From positions 29,283 through 93,282 of the forward strand of contig JAYVTG010000097.1 in assembly GCA_043774625.1 (NCBI GenBank): a stretch of 64,000 nucleotides of DNA. Reading direction: 5' to 3'. This DNA is from Polaromonas sp. GTDB taxonomy: Bacteria; Pseudomonadota; Gammaproteobacteria; Burkholderiales; Burkholderiaceae_C. The translations under genes and the position numbers were made by a program. Each line of letters opens with the position of its first letter. Within the stretch, counting starts at the first letter, position 1. This document shows, piece by piece, positions 31,469 through 41,662 of this stretch. The notes beneath the pieces are model-generated. The model saw nothing but the letters and a program-made list of their open reading frames with translations. It did not search any database and had not been told where the DNA came from.

Positions 31469-33889
31469 ATGCCCGATAACTCCCGCACAGACCCCTCCGA
31501 TTCACCAAACAAAGCTAGCCGCAAGGCTGGCGCCGTTTCTGGACGCAATTCTTCGTGGCTGGGGCTTTTGGGACGTTTTGCTGTAGGCTTGGGTGCCATC
31601 ACTTTAGCGGGAGTTGTAGCGGCGTTGATGGTACTGGCTACCGCGCTGGCGGTGGCTTACCCCAATTTGCCGGACATTTCCGATTTATCCGATTACCGAC
31701 CCAAGCTTCCGTTGCGCGTCTTTACTGCCGACGGTGTGATGATTGGCGAATTTGGCGAAGAGCGGCGCAATATGACGCCGATTGATGAAATCCCTCAAGT
31801 GATGAAGGACGCTGTGCTGGCGATTGAAGATGCACGCTTCTTCTCCCACGGTGGCGTGGACTATACGGGCATGATGCGTGCTGTACTGGCTAACTTCAGC
31901 CGTGCCAGGGGCCAGGGTGCCTCCACCATCACTATGCAAGTGGCGCGTAACGTGTATTTGTCCAACGAAAGAACCTACACGCGCAAAATTTATGAGATTT
32001 TGCTGACTTTCAAGCTGGAGCACATGCTGACCAAGAACCAGATTCTCGAAATCTATATGAACCAGATTTTTCTGGGTAACCGCGCTTACGGTTTTTCTGC
32101 AGCTTCTGATGCGTATTTTGGTAAACCCCTGAAAGACATCACCATTGCCCAGGCAGCCATGCTGGCTGGCCTGCCCAAAGCTCCATCCGCCTACAACCCT
32201 ATTGTGAACCCTGTGCGAGCCCGCACGCGCCAGCAGTACATCATCGAGCGCATGCTGACCAATGGCTTTATCACTGAAGAGCAAGCCATCATCGCCAAGG
32301 CAGAAGACATTAAAGTAAAAACCGGGCCCGACAGCACGCGCGTGCATGCAGAATACGTCGCCGAAACGGTTCGCCAGCTGATTTTTGCGCAGTATGGCGA
32401 CGAAGCCTACACCCGTGGCCTGAATGTTTTTACTTCATTACGTTCTGGCGAGCAGCAGGCTGCCTACCGCGCCCTGCGCAAAGGCATCATGGACTATGAG
32501 CACCGCCAAGCCTATCGCGGCCCAGAAAAATATATCGAGCTGCCCAAGTCCGGCCAGGAAATGGATGACGCGATTGAAGAGGCATTGGTGGATTTTCCAG
32601 ACAACGACGACATCATGTCAGCCGTGGTTTTGGAGGCCAACAGCCGAAAAATAGTAGCCGTACGCCCCAATAACGAACGTATCGAGATTAGCGGAGATGG
32701 CCTGCGCCCAGCACAGTCTGGCTTGTCTGACAAGGCTGCGCCCAATATCAAAATCCGCCGAGGAGCGCTGATTCGGGTCGTCAAGACACCCCGAAACACC
32801 TGGGAGATTACCCAGTTGCCCGAGGTTGAAGGGGCCTTTGTTGCTGTAGACCCCCGCACTGGAGCTATTCGCGCTTTGGTGGGCGGCTTTGACTACGAGA
32901 AGAACAAGTTCAACCATGTCACCCAAGCCTGGCGCCAGCCTGGATCCAGCTTTAAGCCGTTTATCTATTCGGCCGCGCTGGAAAAAGGTTTCACACCCGC
33001 CACCGTGATCAACGATGGCCCGCTGTTTTTTGATGCCAACGCAACAGGTGGGCAGCCTTGGGAGCCCAAAAACTACGACGACAGATTCGACGGCCCCATG
33101 ACGCTGCGGCGCGGCCTGGCCAAGTCAAAAAACATGATTTCCATTCGCATTTTGCAGTCGGTAGGCCCACAAAATGCACAGAACTGGGTGACCCGTTTCG
33201 GCTTTGATGCAGACAAAAACCCGCCGTACTTGACCTTGGCTTTGGGTGCTGGCTCTGTCACGCCCATTCAAATGGCCTCGGGCTATTCGGTATTTGCCAA
33301 TGGCGGTTACCGCGTCAATCCATGGATGATCGCCAAAATTACCGACCAGAAAGGTAAAGTACTGACTGAATTCACCCCTCCAGTGCTGAACGAATCATTG
33401 CGTGCAATCGACGCACGCAATGCCTTCATGATGACCAGCCTGCTGCAAGAAGTAACCAAGTCTGGCACGGCAGCCACCGCATCGTTACAACTGAAACGAC
33501 CCGATATTTACGGCAAAACCGGCACCACCAACGATTCAATCGACGCCTGGTTTGCGGGCTATCAGCGCAACGTGGCAGCCATTTCATGGATTGGCTATGA
33601 CACCCCACGCAAGCTGGGAGACAAGGAAACGGGCGGCGGGTTGAGTCTGCCGGTGTGGATCAGTTATATGAAATCTGCTTTGCAGGGCGTGCCAGTGTCC
33701 GAGCCAGCAGCACCCGAAGGTGTTGTCAATATTGGTGGCGAGTGGTACTACAACGAATACGCCCATGGTGCCGGAGTACGCAGTCTGGGTGTGGAACAAA
33801 AGCCTGCCGAAGTCCCTGCAGATGCGTCTAATCCAGACTCGGCGCCCATGGAAGAGAAGAAGAAAATTCTCGATCTGTTCAAGAGCTAG
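31469..33889 (+). CDS. mrcA: Penicillin-binding protein 1A (bifunctional transglycosylase/transpeptidase)
   Basis: GT51 motifs IEDARFFSHGGVD and GASTITMQ, and transpeptidase motifs SSFKP and KTGTTN. It is divergent from pilM as in many proteobacteria. Confidence 0.95.
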   Translation: MPDNSRTDPSDSPNKASRKAGAVSGRNSSWLGLLGRFAVGLGAITLAGVVAALMVLATALAVAYPNLPDISDLSDYRPKLPLRVFTADGVMIGEFGEERRNMTPIDEIPQVMKDAVLAIEDARFFSHGGVDYTGMMRAVLANFSRARGQGASTITMQVARNVYLSNERTYTRKIYEILLTFKLEHMLTKNQILEIYMNQIFLGNRAYGFSAASDAYFGKPLKDITIAQAAMLAGLPKAPSAYNPIVNPVRARTRQQYIIERMLTNGFITEEQAIIAKAEDIKVKTGPDSTRVHAEYVAETVRQLIFAQYGDEAYTRGLNVFTSLRSGEQQAAYRALRKGIMDYEHRQAYRGPEKYIELPKSGQEMDDAIEEALVDFPDNDDIMSAVVLEANSRKIVAVRPNNERIEISGDGLRPAQSGLSDKAAPNIKIRRGALIRVVKTPRNTWEITQLPEVEGAFVAVDPRTGAIRALVGGFDYEKNKFNHVTQAWRQPGSSFKPFIYSAALEKGFTPATVINDGPLFFDANATGGQPWEPKNYDDRFDGPMTLRRGLAKSKNMISIRILQSVGPQNAQNWVTRFGFDADKNPPYLTLALGAGSVTPIQMASGYSVFANGGYRVNPWMIAKITDQKGKVLTEFTPPVLNESLRAIDARNAFMMTSLLQEVTKSGTAATASLQLKRPDIYGKTGTTNDSIDAWFAGYQRNVAAISWIGYDTPRKLGDKETGGGLSLPVWISYMKSALQGVPVSEPAAPEGVVNIGGEWYYNEYAHGAGVRSLGVEQKPAEVPADASNPDSAPMEEKKKILDLFKS

Positions 33890-33958
33890 GTTCAACCATT
33901 TGGCTGTAGCCAACTGGGGGCAAGCTGCGCAGCTGAGAGATGCCACCGCTTACTTTAT

Positions 33959-33998
33959 GCTATTTATTTAATAGCTGCTCACGCACATTCCACGCTGG
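33959..33998 (-). repeat. REP-like repeat, copy 4 (reverse orientation)
   Basis: GCTATTTATTTAATAGCTGCTCACGCACATTCCACGCTGG, between convergent mrcA and cyaY. Confidence 0.9.
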
Positions 33999-34005
33999 CA
34001 TTCGG

Positions 34006-34338
34006 CTATTTATTGTTTAAAAACACCAATGCAGCGCCTGACTGCTCGCTGGCATGGCGGCTCAAATCCGCAAAGAACTCTGAGCCCTCGCGCGTACTGC
34101 GCCACTCGCCGTCAAACTTGTAGTGGAAACCACCTGCGCGGGTAGCCATCCACACCTCTTGCAGTGGCTTTTGCAGGTTGATGACAATCTGGCTGCGGTT
34201 CACAAAAGTCAGCGTCACCATGCCACCCACGCGCTGGTTGTCGATATCCGCATCCGTCTCGTCGTTCACGCGGTCGCATTGTGCCTCTACAGCCTTGAGC
34301 AAGGCTTCGGCGTGGTTCATGTAGTCAAGATCAGTCAT
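34006..34338 (-). CDS. cyaY: Frataxin-like iron-sulfur cluster protein CyaY
   Basis: [22 protein letters not shown]...[15 protein letters not shown], 110 aa. The ORF track extends it artificially to 34590. Confidence 0.9.
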   Translation of the reverse strand: MTDLDYMNHAEALLKAVEAQCDRVNDETDADIDNQRVGGMVTLTFVNRSQIVINLQKPLQEVWMATRAGGFHYKFDGEWRSTREGSEFFADLSRHASEQSGAALVFLNNK

Positions 34339-34463
34339 ACAAATTGAAGGTGCAAAGCGGCAAAAATACAGGCTTTTAAAGCCTGCGCGGTCAATAGTTT
34401 GAAAAACATGCGTTGAAGGTCGGTTGCGCTGCCAGTGAACTGGTCGCCATTTACAATCCCTAC

Positions 34464-34706
34464 ATGACCAAACTACCCATTGTAGACATCTGTCGGGTTT
34501 ACTCGCTGCTAGCAACGCTGTTGGCACTGGGCCTTCTGTGTGCTTGCGGCCAAAGGGGCAATTTGGTGCTACCCACCGAGCCAGCCGCACAAAACCGCGC
34601 TACCTTGCCGCAGGTGCTATTGCCCTTGCCACGGCCTTCTGCATCCAGCGCGTCCGGCTCAGTGCCACCCGCATCTCCCACTACACCAGCCTCTTCTGCT
34701 CGATAA
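34464..34706 (+). CDS. lptM: Small lipoprotein upstream of lysA (LptM/YifL-like)
   Basis: Lipobox LLCAC|GQRGNLVLP followed by a Pro/Ser-rich tail, immediately upstream of lysA. Confidence 0.7.
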   Translation: MTKLPIVDICRVYSLLATLLALGLLCACGQRGNLVLPTEPAAQNRATLPQVLLPLPRPSASSASGSVPPASPTTPASSAR

Positions 34707-34729
34707 ACACTTTCCAACTACCTCGCTTC

Positions 34730-36037
34730 ATGACCGCCTCTACACCGTCCATTACGCCGTCCCATGTACCCACTATCTTGCCTGGCCAGCCCTTCATTGC
34801 TTACAAAGAAGCCGAGCTGCATGTAGAGGGCGTTGCTCTGTCTGCGCTGGCGCAGGCCCACGGCACACCGCTGTTTGCCTATTCCAAAGCCTCCATGCTG
34901 AACGCATTGGCGGCTTACCAGCGCGGCTTTGCAGGGCGCAATGCGCAGGTGTGCTACGGCATGAAGGCAAATTCTTCGCTATCAATTTTGCAGCTGTTCG
35001 CGCAAGCGGGCTGTGGCTTTGACATTGTTTCTGGTGGAGAATTGCAACGCGTGATGGCCGCTGCTGGCGACCCTGGCAAGATTATTTTCTCGGGCGTGGG
35101 TAAAACCCGTGCCGAAATGCGCATGGCTTTGGACGCAGGCATTCAGTGCTTCAACGTAGAAAGCGAAGCTGAGTTGGAGGTATTGAGCGAAGTCGCTCTG
35201 GGTATGGGCAAACGCGCGCCTGTCAGCATTCGCGTCAACCCAGATGTAGACGCCAACACCCATCCTTACATTTCCACCGGTCTCAAAGGCAACAAATTCG
35301 GCATTGCGCATGAACGGGCAGTGCAGGTGTACCAGCGCGCGGCGTCCTTGGCAGGGCTGCATGTGGTGGGCATCGACTGCCATATTGGCTCACAAATTAC
35401 CACCGAAGCTCCTTATCTGGACGCCATGGACCGCGTGCTCGACATGGTGCAATCCATAGAAGCTGCGGGTATTCCCATTCACCACATCGACTTTGGCGGT
35501 GGTTTGGGTATTGACTACAACGGCGATACGCCGCCCGACGCGGGCGATTTGTGGAAAAAACTGCTCGCCAAGCTCGACGCACGGGGTTATGGCCAACGCA
35601 TGCTGATGATCGAACCTGGCCGTTCGCTGGTTGGCAATGCGGGCGTTTGTGTCACGCAAGTGCTGTACCTCAAACCTGGCGAGCAAAAAAACTTTTGCAT
35701 CATCGACGCCGCCATGAACGACCTTCCCCGTCCGGCTCTGTACCAAGCCTTCCACGTCATCGCCCCATTAAAGCCACGCTCGGGCGAAGTAACCACTTAC
35801 GAAGTTGTGGGCCCTGTCTGCGAAAGCGGCGACTGGATCGGCCATGACCGCGCCCTCAATGTGCAGCAGGGTGACCAATTGGCTGTTTTGTCCGCTGGAG
35901 CCTATTGCATGAGCATGGCCAGCAATTACAACACCCGTGGCCGTGCAACCGAGATTTTGGTAGATGGCAGTGCAGCACATGTGATTCGCACCCGCGAGAC
36001 TGCCGCCCAACAAATGCAAAACGAGAAATTGCTCTAA
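34730..36037 (+). CDS. lysA: Diaminopimelate decarboxylase
   Basis: PLP-dependent fold III decarboxylase ([22 protein letters not shown]). The ATG at 34730 is used, because the ORF-track start overlaps lptM. Confidence 0.94.
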   Translation: MTASTPSITPSHVPTILPGQPFIAYKEAELHVEGVALSALAQAHGTPLFAYSKASMLNALAAYQRGFAGRNAQVCYGMKANSSLSILQLFAQAGCGFDIVSGGELQRVMAAAGDPGKIIFSGVGKTRAEMRMALDAGIQCFNVESEAELEVLSEVALGMGKRAPVSIRVNPDVDANTHPYISTGLKGNKFGIAHERAVQVYQRAASLAGLHVVGIDCHIGSQITTEAPYLDAMDRVLDMVQSIEAAGIPIHHIDFGGGLGIDYNGDTPPDAGDLWKKLLAKLDARGYGQRMLMIEPGRSLVGNAGVCVTQVLYLKPGEQKNFCIIDAAMNDLPRPALYQAFHVIAPLKPRSGEVTTYEVVGPVCESGDWIGHDRALNVQQGDQLAVLSAGAYCMSMASNYNTRGRATEILVDGSAAHVIRTRETAAQQMQNEKLL

Positions 36038-36054
36038 AACCGCCCTGCGGCAGA

Positions 36055-36078
36055 AAAAGCTTATAATAGAAAGCTTTT
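36055..36078. promoter_or_regulatory. Perfect 8-8 palindrome overlapping a TATAAT box upstream of rpmE2 (candidate Zur-type operator)
   Basis: AAAAGCTT-ATAATAGA-AAGCTTTT, with TATAAT spanning the left arm and centre, 57 nt upstream of the rpmE2 ATG. Confidence 0.4.
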
Positions 36079-36134
36079 CGCGGAAAGTACGTGACACGGT
36101 GTTACGCGGCTGCCGCACTACAGAGGACAAGACC

Positions 36135-36395
36135 ATGAAAGAAGGCATTCACCCCAATTACCGCGAAGTGTGCTTCCAAGACTTGAGCAACGGCTTCAAA
36201 TTTGTGACACGCTCATGCGCCAACACCAAAGAAATGATCAAGATGGAAGACGGTCGCCAACTGCCGCTGTACAAGCTTGACACTTCCAGCGAAAGCCACC
36301 CGTTCTATACAGGCACCCAAAAGTCTGTGGACACTATGGGCGGTCGCGTGGAGAAATTCCGCAACAAGTTTGCAAAAGCCGGCGTCGCTAAGTAA
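36135..36395 (+). CDS. rpmE2: 50S ribosomal protein L31 type B (non-zinc paralog)
   Basis: [23 protein letters not shown]...HPFYTG lacks the CxxC zinc motif of type A. Confidence 0.92.
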   Translation: MKEGIHPNYREVCFQDLSNGFKFVTRSCANTKEMIKMEDGRQLPLYKLDTSSESHPFYTGTQKSVDTMGGRVEKFRNKFAKAGVAK

Positions 36396-36465
36396 TTTTG
36401 GCTCACTACGCACTGACTACGAGTGACAAACAAAAGCTAAAGCAAAGTACTCAGTTCAAAATATC

Positions 36466-36497
36466 AGGCAGCATGGGCAACCTTGCTGCCTTTTTTA
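36466..36497 (+). terminator. Rho-independent terminator after rpmE2
   Basis: AGGCAGCA-tgggcaacct-TGCTGCCTTTTTTATT. Confidence 0.8.
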
Positions 36498-36499
36498 TT

Positions 36500-38197
36500 G
36501 TGAATACCACCTCCAGCAACCCATCCAATCCACCCAGCCCGGCTATTGTGTCGCAAGAAGCTGTGCGCAGACTGCCGCGCCTGGGATTGGTGCTGCTGTG
36601 CGTGGCTTACGTTCTGGCTGGCTATATCGGGCGTGAGCCTTGGAAGTCTGCCGATATGGCGGCCTTTGGCGTCATGCGCGACATCGCGCTGGGTTACAGC
36701 CAATGGATGATGCCCACACTGGCTGGCATGCCCGCCGATATACCCGCCTTGCTGCCTTACTGGCTGGGCGCGCTAGCCATCAAGGCCGGCCCTGCATGGT
36801 TGCCCATGCATGTCGCTGCACGCATACCCTTTGGCCTGTTACTTGCACTGACCATGCTGGCCACCTGGTATGGCATTTATTACCTGGCGCGTCGACCCGC
36901 AGCCCAACCTGTGCCTTTTGCTTTTGGTGGAGAGGCGCAGCCTACCGACTACGCACGCTGCCTGGCTGATGGCGGCTTGCTGGCCTTGGTGGCCATGCTG
37001 GGGCTGGCACAACTTTCGCACGAAACAACACCAGCCCAGATGCAATTAGCCTGCACCGCGCTACTCTTTTACGCCACTGCGGCCAGCGTTTACCGTCGTG
37101 TAATACCTCTGTTAGCAGCCACACTAGCCACGCTGGGCTTAGCGCTGTCGGGGGCACCCGCCCTGGGCCTGGCACTAGCACTGGTTGCCGCAGCTACGCG
37201 GGCGATGCAAAAGGACGACGACACAGCAATCTATTGGGGCCTGGCCTTGGCATTGTTGAGTATTTTGTCCACCCTGTTGGCCCTTGGCTTTGGGCAATGG
37301 CCAGTGCAATGGGGCAACTGGCCCCAAGACTTTGCTGCCTGGCGCAGTTTGGGTCGCATGTTTTTATGGTTTACCTGGCCCGCATGGCCTTTGGCGCTGA
37401 TAGCAGCGTGGAAGTGGCGCAAGTGGTGGCGCAGCCTGCATATGGCGCTGCCATTGGCAATCGTGCTGCTCATCTTTGTCGTTAGCCTCTTTCGCCCGAA
37501 TGCTGACCGTGAGTTATTACTGGCTTTGCCAACCCTGGCCTGTTTGGCCGCTTTTGCGCTTCCCACCTTGCAACGCAGCGTGGCATCCTTGATCGACTGG
37601 TTTACCCTGCTGTTTTTTTCTTGCTGCGGCCTTGTGATCTGGATAGTGTGGGTGGCCATGCAAACCGGCATGCCAGCCAAACCCGCCGCCAACGTGCAGC
37701 GCCTGGTACCGGGTTTTGCAGATCATTTCTCTTTCACTACATTTTTAATAGCTGCTTGCGCAACATTGGCGTGGGCCTGGCTGGTAAAGTGGCGTGCTGG
37801 CAGGCACCGTGCTGCGCTGTGGAAGAGCCTGGTGTTGCCCGCTGGAGGAGCTGCGCTTTCCTGGATCTTGCTCATGACCTTGTGGATGCCCTTGCTTGAC
37901 TTTGCCCGCAGCTACGCGCCACTGGCGCGGCTGGTGGCACAGCGAGTGGGGCAAGCACATTGTGTACAAATGGTTGGTTTATCAGCGGGTCAAACAGCCG
38001 CTTTCAGCTACCACGCTGCGTTACACCTCAAGCCCATCACACAAGATGCCCAATGCCCATGGCTGATCGTAGACAATGATTCAGCATCCAAAGCTCCCTT
38101 GCTGACCGATATGCGCCAATGGACTCTGCGCGCCACCATGCGCCGCCCCTCTGACGACAACGAAGACGTGCTGCTGTTTGAGCGCAGCGCGCCCTGA
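36500..38197 (+). CDS. Polytopic membrane protein, GT39/ArnT-like glycosyltransferase family (tentative)
   Basis: More than 10 predicted TM helices and an N-terminal GYIGREPWKSADMAAFGV-type region. The start is placed at the GTG just after the rpmE2 terminator. The true start is uncertain. Confidence 0.65.
   Translation: MNTTSSNPSNPPSPAIVSQEAVRRLPRLGLVLLCVAYVLAGYIGREPWKSADMAAFGVMRDIALGYSQWMMPTLAGMPADIPALLPYWLGALAIKAGPAWLPMHVAARIPFGLLLALTMLATWYGIYYLARRPAAQPVPFAFGGEAQPTDYARCLADGGLLALVAMLGLAQLSHETTPAQMQLACTALLFYATAASVYRRVIPLLAATLATLGLALSGAPALGLALALVAAATRAMQKDDDTAIYWGLALALLSILSTLLALGFGQWPVQWGNWPQDFAAWRSLGRMFLWFTWPAWPLALIAAWKWRKWWRSLHMALPLAIVLLIFVVSLFRPNADRELLLALPTLACLAAFALPTLQRSVASLIDWFTLLFFSCCGLVIWIVWVAMQTGMPAKPAANVQRLVPGFADHFSFTTFLIAACATLAWAWLVKWRAGRHRAALWKSLVLPAGGAALSWILLMTLWMPLLDFARSYAPLARLVAQRVGQAHCVQMVGLSAGQTAAFSYHAALHLKPITQDAQCPWLIVDNDSASKAPLLTDMRQWTLRATMRRPSDDNEDVLLFERSAP
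37746..37785 (-). repeat. Degenerate REP-like copy inside the GT39-like CDS
   Basis: TTAATAGCTGCTTGCGCAACATTGGCGTGGGCCTGGCTGG. The first 17 nt match other copies exactly and the rest is diverged. It is translated as LIAACATLAWAWL. Confidence 0.5.
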
Positions 38198-38208
38198 TCC
38201 ACGCAGCC

Positions 38209-39585
38209 ATGGCCTCATCTGGCTCACTGCGAGAAGACCTGCGCGTCTTGTTGCGCCATGCAGGTACCGTGCTGGTGGGGCAGCTGGCCGTGATGGCATT
38301 TAGCATTACAGACACCATAGTCGCCGGCCGCTATGCGCCCGAGGCATTGGCGACTCTGTCGATTGGCGCGGCCATCTACATCAGCGTATATGTGTCGATT
38401 ACGGGTGTGCTGCAGTCCTTGCTGCCTGTGTACGCTGAACTGCATGGTGGCAAGCGTTATGCGCAGCTGGGGCAAACCTTTCGCCAGTCGCTGTATTTGT
38501 GTGCCCTGCTTATCGTCTGCGGCATGGTCGTTTTGCTGTGCCCGGGTGCCTTACTGCGCTGGGCACAGGTGCCAGACACGCTACAAGCCAGCGTTCGCGA
38601 ATACCTGGCCATTTTGGCCTGGGCGCTCATACCTTCGCTGTGCTTTCGCATGTATGCCTCGCTCAACCAGGGTTTGGGTAAACCGCTCTTCGTTACCTGG
38701 CTGCAACTGGGTTCGCTGTGCCTCAAGCTGCCATTGACCGTGTGGTTTACCTTTGGCGCTGCGGGTGTACCCGCCATGGGGCTGGCAGGTTGCGCGTGGG
38801 CCAGCTTCATCGTGCAATGGCTCATGCTGGCCTGCGCGGTCGTCATGTTGCGTACCCAGACCCTGTACGTACCGCTCAAACTGTGGCAAGCCATGGAGCC
38901 GCCGCAGTGGCCGCAAATCAGGCAATTTATACGCCAGGGACTACCCGGCGGTTTGGCGTATCTGGTGGAGATAACGTCATTTACCTTGATGGCGCTTTTT
39001 ATCGCGCGTCAGGGCATTACCAGCGCCGCCAGCCATCAGATTGCGTCCAGCATGGCAGCTGTGATGTACATGGTGCCGCTGTCGCTTGCCATTGCATGCA
39101 GTGCCAGGGTATCGTACTGGTTGGGCGCCGGCGACCCATTGCGCGCCAGGCGAGTAGCCGGTTTGGGCCTGGGCAGCGCCGCATTGCTAGCCAGCACCAT
39201 GGCGCTGCTGTTGTGGCTATTTGCACAGCCCATTGCGTCCTTGTACTCCAATAGCCAGACCGTGGTGGCCTTGGCAGCATCCCTGTTGGCATGGGTGGCC
39301 TTGTACCATGTGGCAGATGCAGTACAGACCATTTGCGCCTTTGTGCTGCGGTGTTACCGCGTAACCCTGTTGCCGCTCTTGATCTACGGCGTGATGCTCT
39401 GGGGTATTGGCTTGCTGGGTGGCTACTGGCTGGCGTATGAAGGCGTAGGCAGTCTAGGGGCCATGCAAAAGCCGCAAGCATTCTGGATTGCTGCGGACAT
39501 CGCGCTGATCACGGTAGCTATTATTTTCATAGCTATCCTGCAATACTTTCTAAAGGCGCAACAGCCTTCTTGGGGGCGGAAATAA
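38209..39585 (+). CDS. MATE-family multidrug efflux transporter
   Basis: 12-TM protein of 458 aa with an N-terminal MATE signature region (VLVGQLAVMAFSITDTIVAGR). Confidence 0.85.
   Translation: MASSGSLREDLRVLLRHAGTVLVGQLAVMAFSITDTIVAGRYAPEALATLSIGAAIYISVYVSITGVLQSLLPVYAELHGGKRYAQLGQTFRQSLYLCALLIVCGMVVLLCPGALLRWAQVPDTLQASVREYLAILAWALIPSLCFRMYASLNQGLGKPLFVTWLQLGSLCLKLPLTVWFTFGAAGVPAMGLAGCAWASFIVQWLMLACAVVMLRTQTLYVPLKLWQAMEPPQWPQIRQFIRQGLPGGLAYLVEITSFTLMALFIARQGITSAASHQIASSMAAVMYMVPLSLAIACSARVSYWLGAGDPLRARRVAGLGLGSAALLASTMALLLWLFAQPIASLYSNSQTVVALAASLLAWVALYHVADAVQTICAFVLRCYRVTLLPLLIYGVMLWGIGLLGGYWLAYEGVGSLGAMQKPQAFWIAADIALITVAIIFIAILQYFLKAQQPSWGRK
39517..39533 (+). repeat. Half copy (hairpin module only) of the REP-like repeat
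   Basis: GCTATTATTTTCATAGC, compared with GCTACTTTTTTCATAGC at 56355. It lies in the overlap of the MATE and phoR 3' ends, and the phoR stop codon abuts it. Confidence 0.45.
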
Positions 39586-40918
39586 CCACCCGCGCCTTGG
39601 GCACGTCAAATGCAAAGATTGACCCTCTGCCCATGACCGACTCCACCCGCAGTTCGCCACCGTGGCGCTGCACCACATGCTTCACAATGGCCAAGCCCAA
39701 CCCTGTGCCGCCCGTCTCGCGTGAGCGGCTGCGGTCAACCCGGTAAAAGCGTTCAGTCAGTCGCGGCACATGCTCGGGTGCAATGCCGGGGCCTGTGTCT
39801 TGCACTACAAATTCTGCACCTCCACCGGGCAAACCGCGCCAACATACGCTGATACGCCCGCCCGCAGGCGTATAGCGCACGGCATTGCTCACCAAGTTGC
39901 CCATGGCGCTAAGCAGCTCGGTGCGGGCACACAGCACGGCAGCTTCGTCTTCCAGCTCGTTGTCAAAGTGCAGGCGTTGCTGCAAGCCGGTGCCTGAGGG
40001 CGACAGCATCTGCGACAGGGCACGTGCCTCTTGCTCGCACTGTGCCAGCAGCGCGTCTACCGACGTAGCTTCGGTCATGCTGGGCTGGGGGCCACCTTCC
40101 AAACGCGACAGGGTAAGCAAGTCACTCACCAGGGTCTGCATGCGCTCTGACTGTTGTCCCATCAGCCCCAAGTAGCGGGTGCGCTGGTCTTCATTCAACG
40201 GCAGGTTTTGCAGTGTCTCAATAAAGCCCGACAACACCGTGAGCGGTGTGCGAATTTCGTGTGACACATTGGCTACAAAGTCGCGGCGCATAGCGTCCGC
40301 TCGCTCTATCGCCGTTACGTCGCGGGTCAATAGTAACTTGCGCCCCTCGCCATAGGGGTGCAATTGCAAAGATACTCGCACTGGGCTTTGGGTATTGCGC
40401 TGACCCGAAGCCCCCGGAGCGGCTATCACTACTTCGTGGTCAAAATTCTCCGTATGCAAATACGCAGAAAAATCTGGATCGCGTACCAGGTTGCCGATTT
40501 GTTGTTCGACATCCCGCTGTGCGTTCAGACCCAGTTGCCTGGCCGCTGTCTGGTTGCACCACTCAATGCGGTTACGTGCATCGAGCAGCAGTACGCCGTT
40601 GGGCGAGGCTTGAATGGCGGCTAAAAAGTCTGTCATGCGTTGTTCGCTGGCAGCTATCTGCTGGTCTTTGCCGCGCTGCAAACGGCGTATGCGTTCTGCC
40701 ACAGCTCCCCACCAACCGGGTAGCGTTGCCAATGCGTTTCCCGCCTGCGCATCGCGCAACGCGGCTTCCAGATGGGCAACCCGCCAGCTATCCCATAGTA
40801 ACCACAGCAGTGCGGCTACCAAACCACCCAGTGCCGCCGTTTCAGCACCAAAAAGGCCGAAATCCAGCGCTGCACCTGCGCAAACAGCTATCAAAAATGT
40901 AGTAACTCTAATCCACAC
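39533..40918 (-). CDS. phoR: Phosphate regulon sensor histidine kinase PhoR
   Basis: TM region, PAS-like region, H-box FVANVSHEIRTPL, and ATPase G-boxes. It lies downstream of phoB. Confidence 0.92.
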   Translation of the reverse strand: MWIRVTTFLIAVCAGAALDFGLFGAETAALGGLVAALLWLLWDSWRVAHLEAALRDAQAGNALATLPGWWGAVAERIRRLQRGKDQQIAASEQRMTDFLAAIQASPNGVLLLDARNRIEWCNQTAARQLGLNAQRDVEQQIGNLVRDPDFSAYLHTENFDHEVVIAAPGASGQRNTQSPVRVSLQLHPYGEGRKLLLTRDVTAIERADAMRRDFVANVSHEIRTPLTVLSGFIETLQNLPLNEDQRTRYLGLMGQQSERMQTLVSDLLTLSRLEGGPQPSMTEATSVDALLAQCEQEARALSQMLSPSGTGLQQRLHFDNELEDEAAVLCARTELLSAMGNLVSNAVRYTPAGGRISVCWRGLPGGGAEFVVQDTGPGIAPEHVPRLTERFYRVDRSRSRETGGTGLGLAIVKHVVQRHGGELRVESVMGRGSIFAFDVPKARVVISAPKKAVAPLESIAG

Positions 40919-40968
40919 GGCTATTGCACAATATGATGCGCGGGGTAGCCTGGTGCAACGAGCAGGCT

Positions 40969-41661
40969 TTAAACCGAGACATTACGGGTAATGCGGTAGC
41001 CAGCGCCTCGCACGGTTTCCACCATGGCGCCTGCTTGTCCCAAGGCCTCGCGTAAACGTTTCACGTGTACATCGACCGTGCGTTCTTCAATAAATACGTG
41101 GTCACCCCATACTTTGTCCAGCAACTGCGATCTGCTGTGCACACGCTCAGGGTAGTTCATCAAAAAATTCAGCAGTTTAAATTCGGTCGGCCCCAGCTTC
41201 AATTCTGCGCCCTGGTGGCTCACGCGGTAGGTGGCACCGTCTAACTGTAGTGCGCCCACCGTCAGTGTTTCTTTCACTTGCTCTGGCGTGCGGCGGCGCA
41301 GCACTGCGCGCATACGTGCGAGTAGTTCTTGTGTTGAAAATGGCTTGGTAATGTAATCATCAGCCCCGGCATCCAACCCCTGAATTTTGTCAGGCTCGTC
41401 GCTACGCGCGGTCAACATCAAAATGGGCACAGTCTTGGTACGCGGGTCAGCTCGCCATTTGCGTGCCAGACTAATACCGCTGGCACCGGGCAGCATCCAG
41501 TCGAGCAAAATCACATCGGGCAGCACCGCGTCCAATTCACGTTGCGCCTGTTCACCATCGCTCGCAATGACAGGTAAAAAACCGTGGTGCCTCACATTCA
41601 CCGCGATCAACTCGGCTATCGAAGCTTCGTCTTCAACAATCAGTACACGTGGTGCTTTCAT
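40969..41661 (-). CDS. phoB: Phosphate regulon response regulator PhoB
   Basis: Receiver domain (VLIVEDE...DVILLDWMLPG) plus an OmpR-type winged helix. Confidence 0.94.
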   Translation of the reverse strand: MKAPRVLIVEDEASIAELIAVNVRHHGFLPVIASDGEQAQRELDAVLPDVILLDWMLPGASGISLARKWRADPRTKTVPILMLTARSDEPDKIQGLDAGADDYITKPFSTQELLARMRAVLRRRTPEQVKETLTVGALQLDGATYRVSHQGAELKLGPTEFKLLNFLMNYPERVHSRSQLLDKVWGDHVFIEERTVDVHVKRLREALGQAGAMVETVRGAGYRITRNVSV

Positions 41662-41662
41662 A

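Noticed and set aside
34339-34590. N-terminal extension of the cyaY ORF. Similar track extensions occur for lysA (34538), coaE (6047), zapD (6696), folP (57271), livG (19833), the crp-like gene (9511) and arsC (53198).
   Set aside because: The conserved protein N-termini begin at internal start codons with better context. The extensions overlap neighbouring genes or terminators.
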